A stretch of 58,360 nucleotides of DNA, taken from an uncultured Planctomycetales bacterium (GTDB lineage Bacteria > Omnitrophota > Gorgyraeia > Aquiviventales > Aquiviventaceae). Shown here piece by piece: positions 9,851-19,632 of the stretch. The notes beneath the pieces were generated by a model that worked only from the letters and a program-made list of their open reading frames with translations, had not been told where the DNA came from and made no database searches. The stretch covers positions 1 through 58,360 of the forward strand of contig CAYJWN010000001.1 in the NCBI GenBank assembly GCA_964373835.1, read 5' to 3'. The translations under genes and the position numbers were made by a program. Numbering within the stretch: the stretch's first letter is position 1; every line of letters begins with the position of its first letter.

Positions 9851-10632
9851 GCCGCCTCCGCCTTGGCTGCCGCTCTCCAGGGAGCCTTGCCGCTGGCCCA
9901 CAACTGTTCCAGGAGTCGAAGGTCGCGCAGCGTATCCATGCACTGCCAGAAGCCGGTGTAGCGGTAGGCGACGAGTTGGCCGTCCTTCGCGAGTCGCTCC
10001 ATCGGCTCCCGCTCAAAAATGGTGTCATCCCCTTCCAGATAGTCCAGCACCTCTGGCTCCAGGACGAAAAACCCGCCGTTGATCCAGCCTTCGTTAATCT
10101 GCGACTTCTCGCTGAATTCCGCGACGAGGTCGCCGTCGAAGAGCAGGCCGCCGAAGCGGGCCGGCGGGCGCACGGCGGTCACCGTGGCCCATTTGCCGTG
10201 GGCGCGGTGAAAGCGGAGCAGCTCCTGGAGGCTGACGTCGCAGACCCCATCGCCGTAGGTCATCATGAAGGTCTCCTGGCCAAGCCACGGCGCCAGACGC
10301 TTGAGTCGGCCGCCGGTCTGGGTCGTCAGTCCGGTATCGACGAGGTGCACGGTCCAGTCCTCGGTCTCGCCGTCGTGCGTCGTCACGACCCCTTCCTTTA
10401 ACGACACGGTGAGGTTGCTGTAGAGGCGGTGGTAGTCGAGGAAGTACCGCTTGATCTCCCCCCCCTTGTAGCCCAGCGCAAGGACGAAGTCCGTCAGCCC
10501 GTAGGCCGCATACCCCTGCATGATGTGCCAGAGGATCGGCTGCCCTCCAACCTCGACCATGGCTTTGGGGCGAAACTCGGTCTGCTCTTGGAGTCGTGTG
10601 CCCTGTCCCCCACAGAGAATGACAGTTTTCAT
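9847..10632 (-). CDS. rfbF: Glucose-1-phosphate cytidylyltransferase
   Basis: [48 protein letters not shown] 10632 is preceded by GGGAGGAG with an 8-nt spacer. Confidence 0.9.
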   Translation of the reverse strand: MKTVILCGGQGTRLQEQTEFRPKAMVEVGGQPILWHIMQGYAAYGLTDFVLALGYKGGEIKRYFLDYHRLYSNLTVSLKEGVVTTHDGETEDWTVHLVDTGLTTQTGGRLKRLAPWLGQETFMMTYGDGVCDVSLQELLRFHRAHGKWATVTAVRPPARFGGLLFDGDLVAEFSEKSQINEGWINGGFFVLEPEVLDYLEGDDTIFEREPMERLAKDGQLVAYRYTGFWQCMDTLRDLRLLEQLWASGKAPWRAAAKAEAA

Positions 10633-10647
10633 CGATCGCACTCCTCC

Positions 10648-11640
10648 CTATGCTTGCCGAGCAGGCTGACCCGCCGAGCGATCCGCTGTGAACCGGTCTT
10701 CGCCCTGTGTCGATTCCCGGGCAAACCAATCAACGATGTGTTGCGCCGCGCGCAGCTCCATCGCCGCCCGCGAGGCTCTGGTTAAGGTCGCCACGTGCGG
10801 CGTACACAGGACCTGGGGCAGGCGCGCGAGCGGCCCGTCATACGGCTCCGCCTCAAACACGTCGAGCGCGGCACCCGCCAGATGTCCAGACGTCAATGCC
10901 TCGTAGAGCGCGGTCTCATCCACCAGGAACCCGCGCGCGGTATTCACCAGCAAGCTCCCGGATTTCATCTGTCGAAATTCCGCCCGACCAATCAGCGGGC
11001 CGTCCGCTGGCTGGCGGCTCGCATGGAGAGAAACAACGTCCGCCTCAGCCAAGAGGGTGGCAAGATCCCTGCGGGCCACGCCGGGCGGGACCGCATCCGC
11101 CGTCACCGCCGGATCAGCGATGAGGACGCGCGGCCCAAAGGGCGCGAGCAGGCGGGCCACCGCTCTGCCGATCCTCCCGAAGCCGACGAGCCCGATCGAC
11201 CATTCACCCAACAGAAACCCGGTACGCTTCTTCCATTGACCGGCCCGCATGTCGGCCAGATGCCAGGGGACATTTCGCGCCAGGGCCAAGATCATCGCCA
11301 CCGTCATCTGCGCCACGGGCTCCACGACTTCGTCGATGGTCGTAAACACCGCCACACCGAGATCCCGAGCCGCCTTCAGGTCAATGGCGTCGGTCCCGAC
11401 CCCGCAGCGACTGAGACAGCGCAGCTGCGGCAGCGCCCGCAACAGCTCGCCGGGATAGGGCTCAACCCCCGCAATCACCGCGTCCGCCCCCCGCAGAGCG
11501 TCGGCCATCACCTCAGGCCGCAGCCGGCGGCCCAGCGTATTGCCTCGAACCTCGCACCCGGCCGCCCGCAAGAGCTGGCGCGGGCGCTCGTCCTCCTCAC
11601 AGAACTGCTGGAGGGCCACGTACACAGTTCTTCCCTTCAT
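10648..11640 (-). CDS. D-isomer-specific 2-hydroxyacid dehydrogenase (PGDH-like)
   Basis: GLVGFGRIGRAVARLLAPFG, NTARGFLVDETALYEAL, GAALDVFEAEP. ATGA overlap at 11637-11640. Confidence 0.8.
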   Translation of the reverse strand: MKGRTVYVALQQFCEEDERPRQLLRAAGCEVRGNTLGRRLRPEVMADALRGADAVIAGVEPYPGELLRALPQLRCLSRCGVGTDAIDLKAARDLGVAVFTTIDEVVEPVAQMTVAMILALARNVPWHLADMRAGQWKKRTGFLLGEWSIGLVGFGRIGRAVARLLAPFGPRVLIADPAVTADAVPPGVARRDLATLLAEADVVSLHASRQPADGPLIGRAEFRQMKSGSLLVNTARGFLVDETALYEALTSGHLAGAALDVFEAEPYDGPLARLPQVLCTPHVATLTRASRAAMELRAAQHIVDWFARESTQGEDRFTADRSAGQPARQA

Positions 11641-12416
11641 GTGTGGGCGATCTCCCGCAGGACGGCATGCTGCGCCGGATCGTCATCCAGGCAAGCCTGC
11701 ACGAGCTCGACTTCTCGGGGTTCGTTGATCCCCCGGTAGCTCTTACTGAACTCCACGCTGCGCAGCGCGATATCGTGTTCGATGATGCGCGATTGATCAA
11801 TGGCCGAAGCCTCTTCAATCGGTGTTCGACGTAACTCCGCGTAGCGGCTCAAGAAGTCCCGGCGGTATCCCAGGATCCCCAGGATCGCGCGCACCGCCCC
11901 GAAACCCGGCCGGTCACTGAAGGCCGCGTGCGAAAGGTCGCGGGCGCAGTAGAGGATTCGGCCGGATACCGACACGACGCATTTGACGATGGCGTGATCG
12001 CTCAGCTCCGACGACGCCTCAAGCCGGGCGACCGCGTTCCACGCGCAGACGTCCGGCTCCGCCGTCATCGCTTCCACCATCCGCTGCAGGTCGCTGGGCA
12101 GCACGAGGAGCTCGTCGCCCTGCACGTTCACCACGTGCGTGCAGTCCACCTGCTGCGCCGCCTCGGCCACCCGGTCGGTCGCCGCCGGATGATGCGCGGC
12201 GGTCATGACGACGCGGCCGCCGAAGCGCCGAACCACCTGAGCGATTTCCTCATCGCAGGTGGCCACGACGACCTCCGTAAATCCGCGGCAGAGGACCGTG
12301 CGCCGTCGAACGTGCTCGATCATCGGCAGTCCTCCCACCTCAAGCAGCGGCTTGCCTGGAAAGCGGCTTGAGGCCAGGCGGGCCGGGATGATGGCGGCGA
12401 TCCGAACGCGGCTCAT
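11637..12416 (-). CDS. KdsB-family CMP-(3-deoxy-2-ulosonic acid) cytidylyltransferase
   Basis: IAAIIPARLASSRFPGKPLLEVGGLPMIEHV, VNVQGDE and GILGYRRDFL align by eye with E. coli KdsB (IIPARYASTRLPGKPL, VNVQGDEP, GIYGYR). ATGA overlap at 12413-12416. Confidence 0.75.
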   Translation of the reverse strand: MSRVRIAAIIPARLASSRFPGKPLLEVGGLPMIEHVRRRTVLCRGFTEVVVATCDEEIAQVVRRFGGRVVMTAAHHPAATDRVAEAAQQVDCTHVVNVQGDELLVLPSDLQRMVEAMTAEPDVCAWNAVARLEASSELSDHAIVKCVVSVSGRILYCARDLSHAAFSDRPGFGAVRAILGILGYRRDFLSRYAELRRTPIEEASAIDQSRIIEHDIALRSVEFSKSYRGINEPREVELVQACLDDDPAQHAVLREIAHT

Positions 12417-14011
12417 GCTGACTGCGGCGCGGCGCCGGCCGCCAGGGTCCCCTTCATCACCACGTGCGTGAACAGTGCCAACAGCGGTATCACATAGGGG
12501 CTGACCTGGACGAAATACCGCCCGTTCTCGCAACACGCCATATTGACGGCCAGGCTTCCCACCACGACGCCGGCGATCGCCGAGGCCATCGCACGTTCCT
12601 GCGTCGAGAGCGGCGCCGGGCTGCGGGCGCGACGTCCGCCCTCGGCCCGCCGCCACCGCGGAAGCCAGCGCCACAACAGACGCAGCAGCAGCCAGTAAGT
12701 CGCCAGGTACCCCTGCAGCAGCAACACCCCGCAGAGCCCACTGGCCCCGAGGAGCGCCTCCTTCCACGGCAACCAGGGAAGCAATTGGATGTCCTGCTGA
12801 GATTTATCCTTCAAGAGTAACGACAGCGTGCGCCACCCATCGACCAGATAGATGTAGTGCGTACGCAGCAGCTGCTTCAGGAACAGCAGCGGGTTGCGCG
12901 TCACGAAGATCCGAAACAGGTGCGTTGAGATGCGACTGTATTCGGCGGCGATGCGCGGCGACATCTCGGGCACCATGAAGGAGCGTAGGTAGGGGCGGCT
13001 GCTCAGGCGCGCGCGATCGGCCGCCACGATCTGCGCCACCCGGCGCTCCCCGTGCGCCTCCATGCACGCCTGCAGCGGGATGAAATCGAATGCCCTCTCG
13101 GGCGAACCCTCTTGCATGTAACAGGTCCCGTAAAACGGCCCCATCACCTCGACCCGTTTGGCGCGTTCGTAGCACCATAGATACCAATCCGGCGCGCCGG
13201 AGGTCCGGGCAAACGCCGCCAGTCGATCCTGGTCATAGCCGTAAGCCGCCCACATGAATTGGGCGACGTTCACCCCAGCCAGACTACTGGGCAAGAAACT
13301 CCCAACGGAGAGCACGTTTTTCGCGCTCAGCGCCAGAGCCACCACAAGAGGACCCGCCAACGCGACCGCGGTCCGCTGCCACCGCCTTGCGCGGGGTGCC
13401 TCCAACAACCACGTGGTGATGAGGATGATCACGGCGGTCGTGATAAACGCGACCTTCTGGAAGAGCACCAGGACCGCTCCGGTGATCGCCACAAGCCCAT
13501 CCTGTCGGAAGCCGCTGCCGGCGACTCTCCTCATCACGGCCCACGCAAAACACGCCACGAGCCCCACCGTATAGTGATCCAGCGTCGACCCCCCGTGCCA
13601 AAGCTCCAGAGGGATCAGGCCAAGGGAATAGATCATGGTCATCGTCCAGCCGAACCCTCGCCCTGCCCCAACCCGTCTGGCCATGGAATAGACCAGGACC
13701 ACCGCCACGCTGTTGAGGAGGAAGCCGGGCACGGGAACCCAGGTCACAAACGCACGACCGGGCCCGACGAGATGCAGCAGGACCTTGTGAATCAAAAACA
13801 TCCCGGGAGGCTGCGTATGGTCATAAAACAGATACTCCCAGAAGTGGTCCTTGAGCGCTTGGAGATAGGACTCCAGTACTTGGTCGACGGGGACCATCGC
13901 CTCCGCTGGCATACGGCTCCAGTACAACAACCGCACGCCCAACGAGAGGCTGAACAGCAGGAGTTCAGGCCATCGTCTCGACCACATCGACCGCTCCGGG
14001 GTTCGCCTCAT
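12413..14011 (-). CDS. Polytopic membrane protein, possibly a GT-C-fold glycosyltransferase or polymerase
   Basis: Many hydrophobic spans at both ends, with a soluble middle segment of about 150 aa. ATG 14011 is preceded by GGAGAG. I recognise no diagnostic motif. Confidence 0.45.
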   Translation of the reverse strand: MRRTPERSMWSRRWPELLLFSLSLGVRLLYWSRMPAEAMVPVDQVLESYLQALKDHFWEYLFYDHTQPPGMFLIHKVLLHLVGPGRAFVTWVPVPGFLLNSVAVVLVYSMARRVGAGRGFGWTMTMIYSLGLIPLELWHGGSTLDHYTVGLVACFAWAVMRRVAGSGFRQDGLVAITGAVLVLFQKVAFITTAVIILITTWLLEAPRARRWQRTAVALAGPLVVALALSAKNVLSVGSFLPSSLAGVNVAQFMWAAYGYDQDRLAAFARTSGAPDWYLWCYERAKRVEVMGPFYGTCYMQEGSPERAFDFIPLQACMEAHGERRVAQIVAADRARLSSRPYLRSFMVPEMSPRIAAEYSRISTHLFRIFVTRNPLLFLKQLLRTHYIYLVDGWRTLSLLLKDKSQQDIQLLPWLPWKEALLGASGLCGVLLLQGYLATYWLLLRLLWRWLPRWRRAEGGRRARSPAPLSTQERAMASAIAGVVVGSLAVNMACCENGRYFVQVSPYVIPLLALFTHVVMKGTLAAGAAPQSA

Positions 14012-15845
14012 TTGAGGGGACTCTCCGCATAATCGTGAAGTCTCTGATGGACGTCTCGACGGTATAGGGAAACCCCGGCGCCCCGCGGAGCCATCCTGCT
14101 TTCACCGTCGGCACCACCAGGTAGTCAGGCGACCCAAGCGCCGTGAGACAGCTCGAAACACCCGCCCAGTTGTGCGCTTCCCAGCTCGCGATCAGGCCCT
14201 CCTGCTGGGAGGTCTGATCGAGGAACCAGAGCTGTTTCGGGTAATCGAAGTAGAAGGCGATTGAATTTCCAGCCGGCATGGTGCGACCTGTTCTGATTTT
14301 CAGCGACGGATCGATATACAACCCTTTCCGACTGAAGGGGTAGATGCGCTCCGCGAGGGCCAAGACTGTCGCCGTGGGAGGAGTGTGATATCGGATGTAC
14401 TCATTCACCCCGACCCATTTCGCCCCAGGGGAATCGCCCATGATGCCGTGGGCAAACAGGAACCGGAGGTCCGGAGCCCGTTTGTAGACCACCCGTGCGT
14501 GGTAGAGCACGGTCGCCACGATGAAGGACAGGAGGAGCACGGTCGTTCTGGGGCTCGCCAACGTCGCCGCCCAGGTCCTTCCGAACGGACGGCGGATCCG
14601 CCGGATGAGCATCACGATTCCGGCGCTCACCCCGCACGCGAACAGCCACAATGCTGCCCGCTTCAGGAAGACCGGCGAGAGCCGCACGGTGGAATACTCA
14701 AAGAACGGGATGAGATACAGGGCGATGAGGATGGCCGCCCCCCAGAGCCTGCCGCGCCGCGCCCCCTGCATCAGCCACGTCATGGCCGCACAAGCCACCA
14801 CGGTGTAACTGAGCACCTGCGGCCACCAGGTGGACCGGTTCACCGCAAGCGCCTGGAGGAACGGGATCTTGATGGCGTCCGGCGCAAACGTGTAGTAGAC
14901 CCCACCGCCCAAGAACATCACCAAGGCGACGGCAAAAAACGCTTGGGCTCTCTCCCTGAGCTCCGGTGAGGGATACGGAACCATCATCGCCCCGATCAGC
15001 AACAGCAGATAGAGGTAGTTGCCGATGCCTCGCTCCAAATACGGGTTCGCTTCACTATTTTCGATCCACGCGACCGCGTGATCGAACACGAGTGCCGGCA
15101 CAGGGTCACCTCGATGCAGTAGAAAAAAAACCAGAAAGATACCCCCAAGGCTCACCGCCACCCCCACAGCGATGAACCGCCACCGCACGTGCCAGCGGTC
15201 CCGGACCGCGAAGAGCAGCGTGACCAGCGCCGGATACCACCCGTTTTTTACGGACAGCAGCCCCATGAACAGGCTGAGCGCCAGGGCGGCCCTCGCGCGG
15301 TATCCCCTGAACAGCCAGAGGGCCAGCAGGATCGCCAGGGGGCTGATGAACGTCGTCGCGCTGTGATTGTGCGCGGGAACAAGCATGGCCAGGTTGTCCT
15401 TGAACTGATGCGGGATCGCGAGTAGAGCGATGATCGCCAGCCGCTGGAGCCTGCCCTGCACGCCCAAGAGAGCGATGATCCGGTCGACGCTGAAGATGGC
15501 CAGGAACGCCAGGCCGAAGTAACACACGAAATGGAGCCGGTCATCCAACCACGCCTCCCCGACCAGATGGGCCGCCACATAAAAGAACGACATGAGCGTA
15601 GGCTGCCTGCCGGTCACGTACTGGTCGCCGGAGAAGCTCTCGAGATGGATCGCCTTGAAGGCGTTTCCCATATAGCCGCTGTGCTGCTCCAACGCGCAGA
15701 AGAAGGCCAAGGTATAGAGCACGGCAAACCCGAGGAGAGCGGCGACGTGGAGTACCAACGCGCGATGAGATTCCGCCGGAGCACGGACCGCCCACCTACT
15801 CTCCGCCCAGGATGACACGTGTCCCGCGGTACCGGTCTTCAGCAT
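13965..15845 (-). CDS. Polytopic membrane protein (about 12-14 TM plus a C-terminal soluble domain), possibly a GT-C-like transferase or polymerase
   Basis: Repeated hydrophobic helices through about aa 480, then a soluble tail. ATG 15845 forms a TAATG overlap with the upstream radical SAM stop. No WWDYG (PglB) motif is present. Confidence 0.45.
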   Translation of the reverse strand: MLKTGTAGHVSSWAESRWAVRAPAESHRALVLHVAALLGFAVLYTLAFFCALEQHSGYMGNAFKAIHLESFSGDQYVTGRQPTLMSFFYVAAHLVGEAWLDDRLHFVCYFGLAFLAIFSVDRIIALLGVQGRLQRLAIIALLAIPHQFKDNLAMLVPAHNHSATTFISPLAILLALWLFRGYRARAALALSLFMGLLSVKNGWYPALVTLLFAVRDRWHVRWRFIAVGVAVSLGGIFLVFFLLHRGDPVPALVFDHAVAWIENSEANPYLERGIGNYLYLLLLIGAMMVPYPSPELRERAQAFFAVALVMFLGGGVYYTFAPDAIKIPFLQALAVNRSTWWPQVLSYTVVACAAMTWLMQGARRGRLWGAAILIALYLIPFFEYSTVRLSPVFLKRAALWLFACGVSAGIVMLIRRIRRPFGRTWAATLASPRTTVLLLSFIVATVLYHARVVYKRAPDLRFLFAHGIMGDSPGAKWVGVNEYIRYHTPPTATVLALAERIYPFSRKGLYIDPSLKIRTGRTMPAGNSIAFYFDYPKQLWFLDQTSQQEGLIASWEAHNWAGVSSCLTALGSPDYLVVPTVKAGWLRGAPGFPYTVETSIRDFTIMRRVPSNEANPGAVDVVETMA

Positions 15846-17272
15846 TATCTCAGGATGAGGCGTCCGGCCGCCCGTAATCCGTACTGGGCATAATTCTTTG
15901 CCACCGCGAGCGATCGGATCCCCCGGATCGTCTGCCACACGTACGACGGCCGGAAGTAGAATTCGCGGGCCGCCCGGCGGATGATCTCCACCAGCTCCTG
16001 CTGCGAGAGCGCATAGCTAGAGATCATGGTCGTGTCATGTCCCGCGTAGGAATTCCCCACCAGGTCCCTCGGGTCGAACAATTTTCCATTCAGCGCGATG
16101 TCGTGGAACTCCGTCCCAGGAAACGGGTAGGCGGTATAGAACTCCGTAAAGTTCGGGTTCAGCTCTTTCGCGAACGCGATGGTCGCCTCCGCAGTTTCTC
16201 GTGTCTCCCACGGCAGGCCGAAAATGAAGTAGGCCGATGATTTAACGCCGTAGCGCCGGCACAGCCGGATCGCCCGCCTGGAGTCTTCAAGCGTAAGCGA
16301 CTTCTTCATCTTGTTGAGCAGCTCTTGGCTGCCGCTCTCCAACCCGAAGGCGATCAGCCAGCAACCGGATTTCTTCATCCACGAGATCTTTTCCTCATCG
16401 ATTGAATTGGCGCGGCTGTTGGCGCACCACTGGATCTTGAGACCCCGCTCGACGATCTCCTGGCAGACGCCAACCGTCCACGTTTTGTGCAGCGTGAACG
16501 TATCGGCCAGGAAGAGAAAATTCCGGATCCCGAACTTCGTCACGCATTCCTCCACTTCATCGACCACGTTCTTCGGCGATCGCATACGCAGCTTACTGCC
16601 CGAGACGACTGGAGCCAGACAGTAGATGCACTCAAACGGGCACCCGCGGCTAGCACTGATGGTCGTTTGGGGCTTGCCGGTATCCGGCCGGATGTACAGG
16701 GCGTTATCGATCAAATGCCGCGCGGGAAACGGGAGGCTGTCGAGATCCTGCTTCAGGGGACGCTTCGCGGTGTGCATGATCTCCTCCCCCTTGCGGTAGC
16801 TGATTCCCGCAACGGCGGAACAATCGGAAGCCGTAGCCAGCTCCGCGATCGCTTCTTCAGCCTCTCCCCTGACGATGACATCCAGTTCTGGGGCCAGCTG
16901 GAACGGGCTGATATCGTCGGCCAGAAAGTGGGCGCCCTTGGCGATCGTTAGCACATGAGGGTTCAAGCGCTTTGCGAGCGCGCAGGCCTGTAGGTCTTTG
17001 GGGAGGGTCGGCGTGGTCACGGAGATGACGACCATCTCCGGACGGAATGCGGCCATCTCCCGCTCCACATCGGCCCAGGTCAGGCCTAATGCCGGATAGT
17101 CCCGCAATCGGCACGTCACGCCCTCGCGCTCCAGACAGGCCGCCTCCGTGAGCAAATCGATCGGGGTCCTCAGGACCCCATTCACCATTTTCTCCACATC
17201 GGCCTGGCAACGATCCTCACGGACCATCTTGCCGGTTGGAGGATTGAAGAGCAGCGCCGTCTTCCTCGTCAT
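15845..17272 (-). CDS. B12-binding-domain radical SAM enzyme (class B-like)
   Basis: ASRGCPFECIYCLAP (CxxxCxxC), preceded by an N-terminal Rossmann-like cobalamin-binding-type domain. ATG 17272 is preceded by GGAGA with a 7-nt spacer. Confidence 0.8.
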   Translation of the reverse strand: MTRKTALLFNPPTGKMVREDRCQADVEKMVNGVLRTPIDLLTEAACLEREGVTCRLRDYPALGLTWADVEREMAAFRPEMVVISVTTPTLPKDLQACALAKRLNPHVLTIAKGAHFLADDISPFQLAPELDVIVRGEAEEAIAELATASDCSAVAGISYRKGEEIMHTAKRPLKQDLDSLPFPARHLIDNALYIRPDTGKPQTTISASRGCPFECIYCLAPVVSGSKLRMRSPKNVVDEVEECVTKFGIRNFLFLADTFTLHKTWTVGVCQEIVERGLKIQWCANSRANSIDEEKISWMKKSGCWLIAFGLESGSQELLNKMKKSLTLEDSRRAIRLCRRYGVKSSAYFIFGLPWETRETAEATIAFAKELNPNFTEFYTAYPFPGTEFHDIALNGKLFDPRDLVGNSYAGHDTTMISSYALSQQELVEIIRRAAREFYFRPSYVWQTIRGIRSLAVAKNYAQYGLRAAGRLILR

Positions 17273-17339
17273 GGTTGAGTCTCCATTTTCAGGCCCTCCC
17301 ACGGGCCCCTGTTGCCTCTCGCCGCATCCCACCTTTCAT

Positions 17340-18170
17340 TCATCCTCCAACGCTAGCCGGTTCGATCCAGTACCGCGCGCCATGTTTCCTTACGTGGTAG
17401 CTCTCATCAGTCCACAACGTTTGGCGGATCTTCTCATCCAGTCCCACAGCGCGCCCGTTCGCCTTCAGGGTTCCGGGCTTCTGCGCCGAAATCTTCAAGC
17501 TGAAGGCTGTGTATTTGGCGACCGGAAGTTTCCGTAGGACCACGTCGAGATACCGCAGCGGAATGAACGGGATGATAAAGACCTGGCTCAGCACGGCATA
17601 CACGAGCGGCGACCCGACGGAACACAGCGTGGCCAGAAACTCCTTGGTCGCATCGATCCACGCAGAGACCGGACCCCCGTAGACCTCTACAGCAATGTGC
17701 TCGAACCCCGACCGGCGGAACACAACTTCAAGCCCCTCATAGGTGAAACGCCAGTAATCCGAAGGGCACGCATGGTAATTCTGCCTGAAAGGGACGGTGG
17801 CGAGGATCGAGCCGCCAGGCCTGAGCACCCGCAGCGCCTCCTGGAGAACCTCCGGGTAGTTCTCCACATGCTCGAGGACGTACTCCAGGAGCACGCCCTC
17901 GAAGCTGGCGTCCTTAAACGGGAGCCTCGGCGCCCTGTTCACGACATGGACATGGGCGGAATCCTCGATATCCAGATTGATGACTCGGTCACCGATCGTC
18001 CGGCTCCCGGAGCCGATGTTCAGCACATGCCCATCCTGCGCCCGAACCCACCGGGCAATGAGATACGTCGGTGTGAAGGCGGGGTCGAAAACCCATTGCA
18101 TCACCCGGGAGATCCAGGGGTACCGCCGGATGGCAGCCTTGAGCTGTGCGCGCGGGTCCCGATCGGCCAT
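17340..18170 (-). CDS. Class I SAM-dependent methyltransferase
   Basis: VLNIGSGSRTIGDRVINLDI (motif I) and VLRPGGSILATVP (post-II/III). Confidence 0.7.
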   Translation of the reverse strand: MADRDPRAQLKAAIRRYPWISRVMQWVFDPAFTPTYLIARWVRAQDGHVLNIGSGSRTIGDRVINLDIEDSAHVHVVNRAPRLPFKDASFEGVLLEYVLEHVENYPEVLQEALRVLRPGGSILATVPFRQNYHACPSDYWRFTYEGLEVVFRRSGFEHIAVEVYGGPVSAWIDATKEFLATLCSVGSPLVYAVLSQVFIIPFIPLRYLDVVLRKLPVAKYTAFSLKISAQKPGTLKANGRAVGLDEKIRQTLWTDESYHVRKHGARYWIEPASVGG

Positions 18171-18174
18171 AGGC

Positions 18175-19632
18175 TCAGTCCACGATCCGGTAGGTCATCA
18201 CCCGCTCCTCCAGCCCTTCCATAATCTGCGCGGTCGAGCGCCCCGCCGTCAGCCCCTCTTCGATCCGCATGGCCATGTCGAGGCAATGGTCGGAGTTGTT
18301 GTAGTTGTACAGGCCGATGCGGCCCGTCGACAGAAGGTTCTCATACCGTTTCATGCTCGTGCAGAGGCGGGATAAGGTATTGCGATACTCCAGATCGTAG
18401 CGTGGGTAGAACCGCTTCGAGCGCTTCACGAACGTCCCGAGCACGCGTTGGCCGTTGATGATCCCCGAAGCGCGCAGATCCCGAACGCAGCGCTCACCGA
18501 GCTGCTCGTCGGTCGAACGCCAGCGGTCTCCGGCCTCGTCATCCACGATGTCGCAGCAGATCACCGTCTTGCCGTTTGGCACCATCGTCCGGCTCAGTTG
18601 TTTCTGCTCGAAGATCCGGCCGAAGATCTGCGCACGGTCCGGGTAGAAAATCCAGTGGTCATCTGTGAGCTGGTCGCACGACACCACGACATAGACGAGG
18701 ATCAAGTGACGGTACTGCAGGCGATTCGCCGCCTCGAGCATCGCCACGAGGTTGGGCTCTGAGCGGTGCGCCTGCAGCAGACCCCCCAGCACATCGAAGG
18801 GAATGGTGGACACCAACAGGTCGCATGGCAGGGTCGTCCGCTGTCCCTCGTGTTCGATGGTCACACCGGTCATCCGGAACTGTTCATGATGGATCGCGAC
18901 CGGCAGCGCCGAAGTCAGGACGGTACCCCCGTGTGCGATGATCTCTTCAGCCATCCGCTCCGGAATACGGCCGAAACCAGCCTTCGGGTAATAGAAGTGC
19001 GTCGCGTCGGTCATTGACGTCTCTTCTTTGACCTTAAGGACCCGTAGGAGCACATCGAAGAAGCTGCTGCTCGGGATGCGGGTGCGGGCAATGTCCGCGC
19101 TGAGGGTTGCTGGATCTCCCCAGACTTTGTCCGCAAGCGGCCCGAATACCAACTGATACAGATGGCGGCCGAAGCGCGCCGTCAGGTAGGCCTCATAGCT
19201 CGACCCCTGGCAGGCTCCGGCCAATAGCCGCAACCGCTCCGCCAGCGCGCTCGCGCCGGAGGCGACGATGTGCCGCAGCCCCATGCTCGTAAGCAGCTCG
19301 CGCATCTCGAGCGGGTATTTTAAATAACGATTGAACAGGTAGATGCGATGTTTCTTCTCATGCTCGAGCAGCTCCGGACCCATCAGGGTCCGTAACTCCT
19401 CGAGCACATCGGGTATCACCGAGAAGCACTTGTGCGGCCCGTAATCGAGCCGCATGTCGTCGTGGAGGAAGGTAGCGCAGAGCCCGCCGATGGTGCCCGC
19501 GCGCTCCACCACCGTGATTCGCCATGCACCTGTCCGCGCGAGTCGCCATCCGGCCGCCAAGCCGGCCACCCCGCCGCCAAGGATCACCGCGGACCGACGA
19601 GCGCCCGCTTGGGGCGCCTGATGCTCAGGCAT
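18175..19632 (-). CDS. FAD-dependent oxidoreductase (amine oxidase/phytoene desaturase-like fold)
   Basis: AVILGGGVAGLAAGWRLARTG dinucleotide-binding motif, followed by VVERAGTIGG. ATG 19632 is preceded by GGAG with a 6-7 nt spacer. Confidence 0.7.
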   Translation of the reverse strand: MPEHQAPQAGARRSAVILGGGVAGLAAGWRLARTGAWRITVVERAGTIGGLCATFLHDDMRLDYGPHKCFSVIPDVLEELRTLMGPELLEHEKKHRIYLFNRYLKYPLEMRELLTSMGLRHIVASGASALAERLRLLAGACQGSSYEAYLTARFGRHLYQLVFGPLADKVWGDPATLSADIARTRIPSSSFFDVLLRVLKVKEETSMTDATHFYYPKAGFGRIPERMAEEIIAHGGTVLTSALPVAIHHEQFRMTGVTIEHEGQRTTLPCDLLVSTIPFDVLGGLLQAHRSEPNLVAMLEAANRLQYRHLILVYVVVSCDQLTDDHWIFYPDRAQIFGRIFEQKQLSRTMVPNGKTVICCDIVDDEAGDRWRSTDEQLGERCVRDLRASGIINGQRVLGTFVKRSKRFYPRYDLEYRNTLSRLCTSMKRYENLLSTGRIGLYNYNNSDHCLDMAMRIEEGLTAGRSTAQIMEGLEERVMTYRIVD

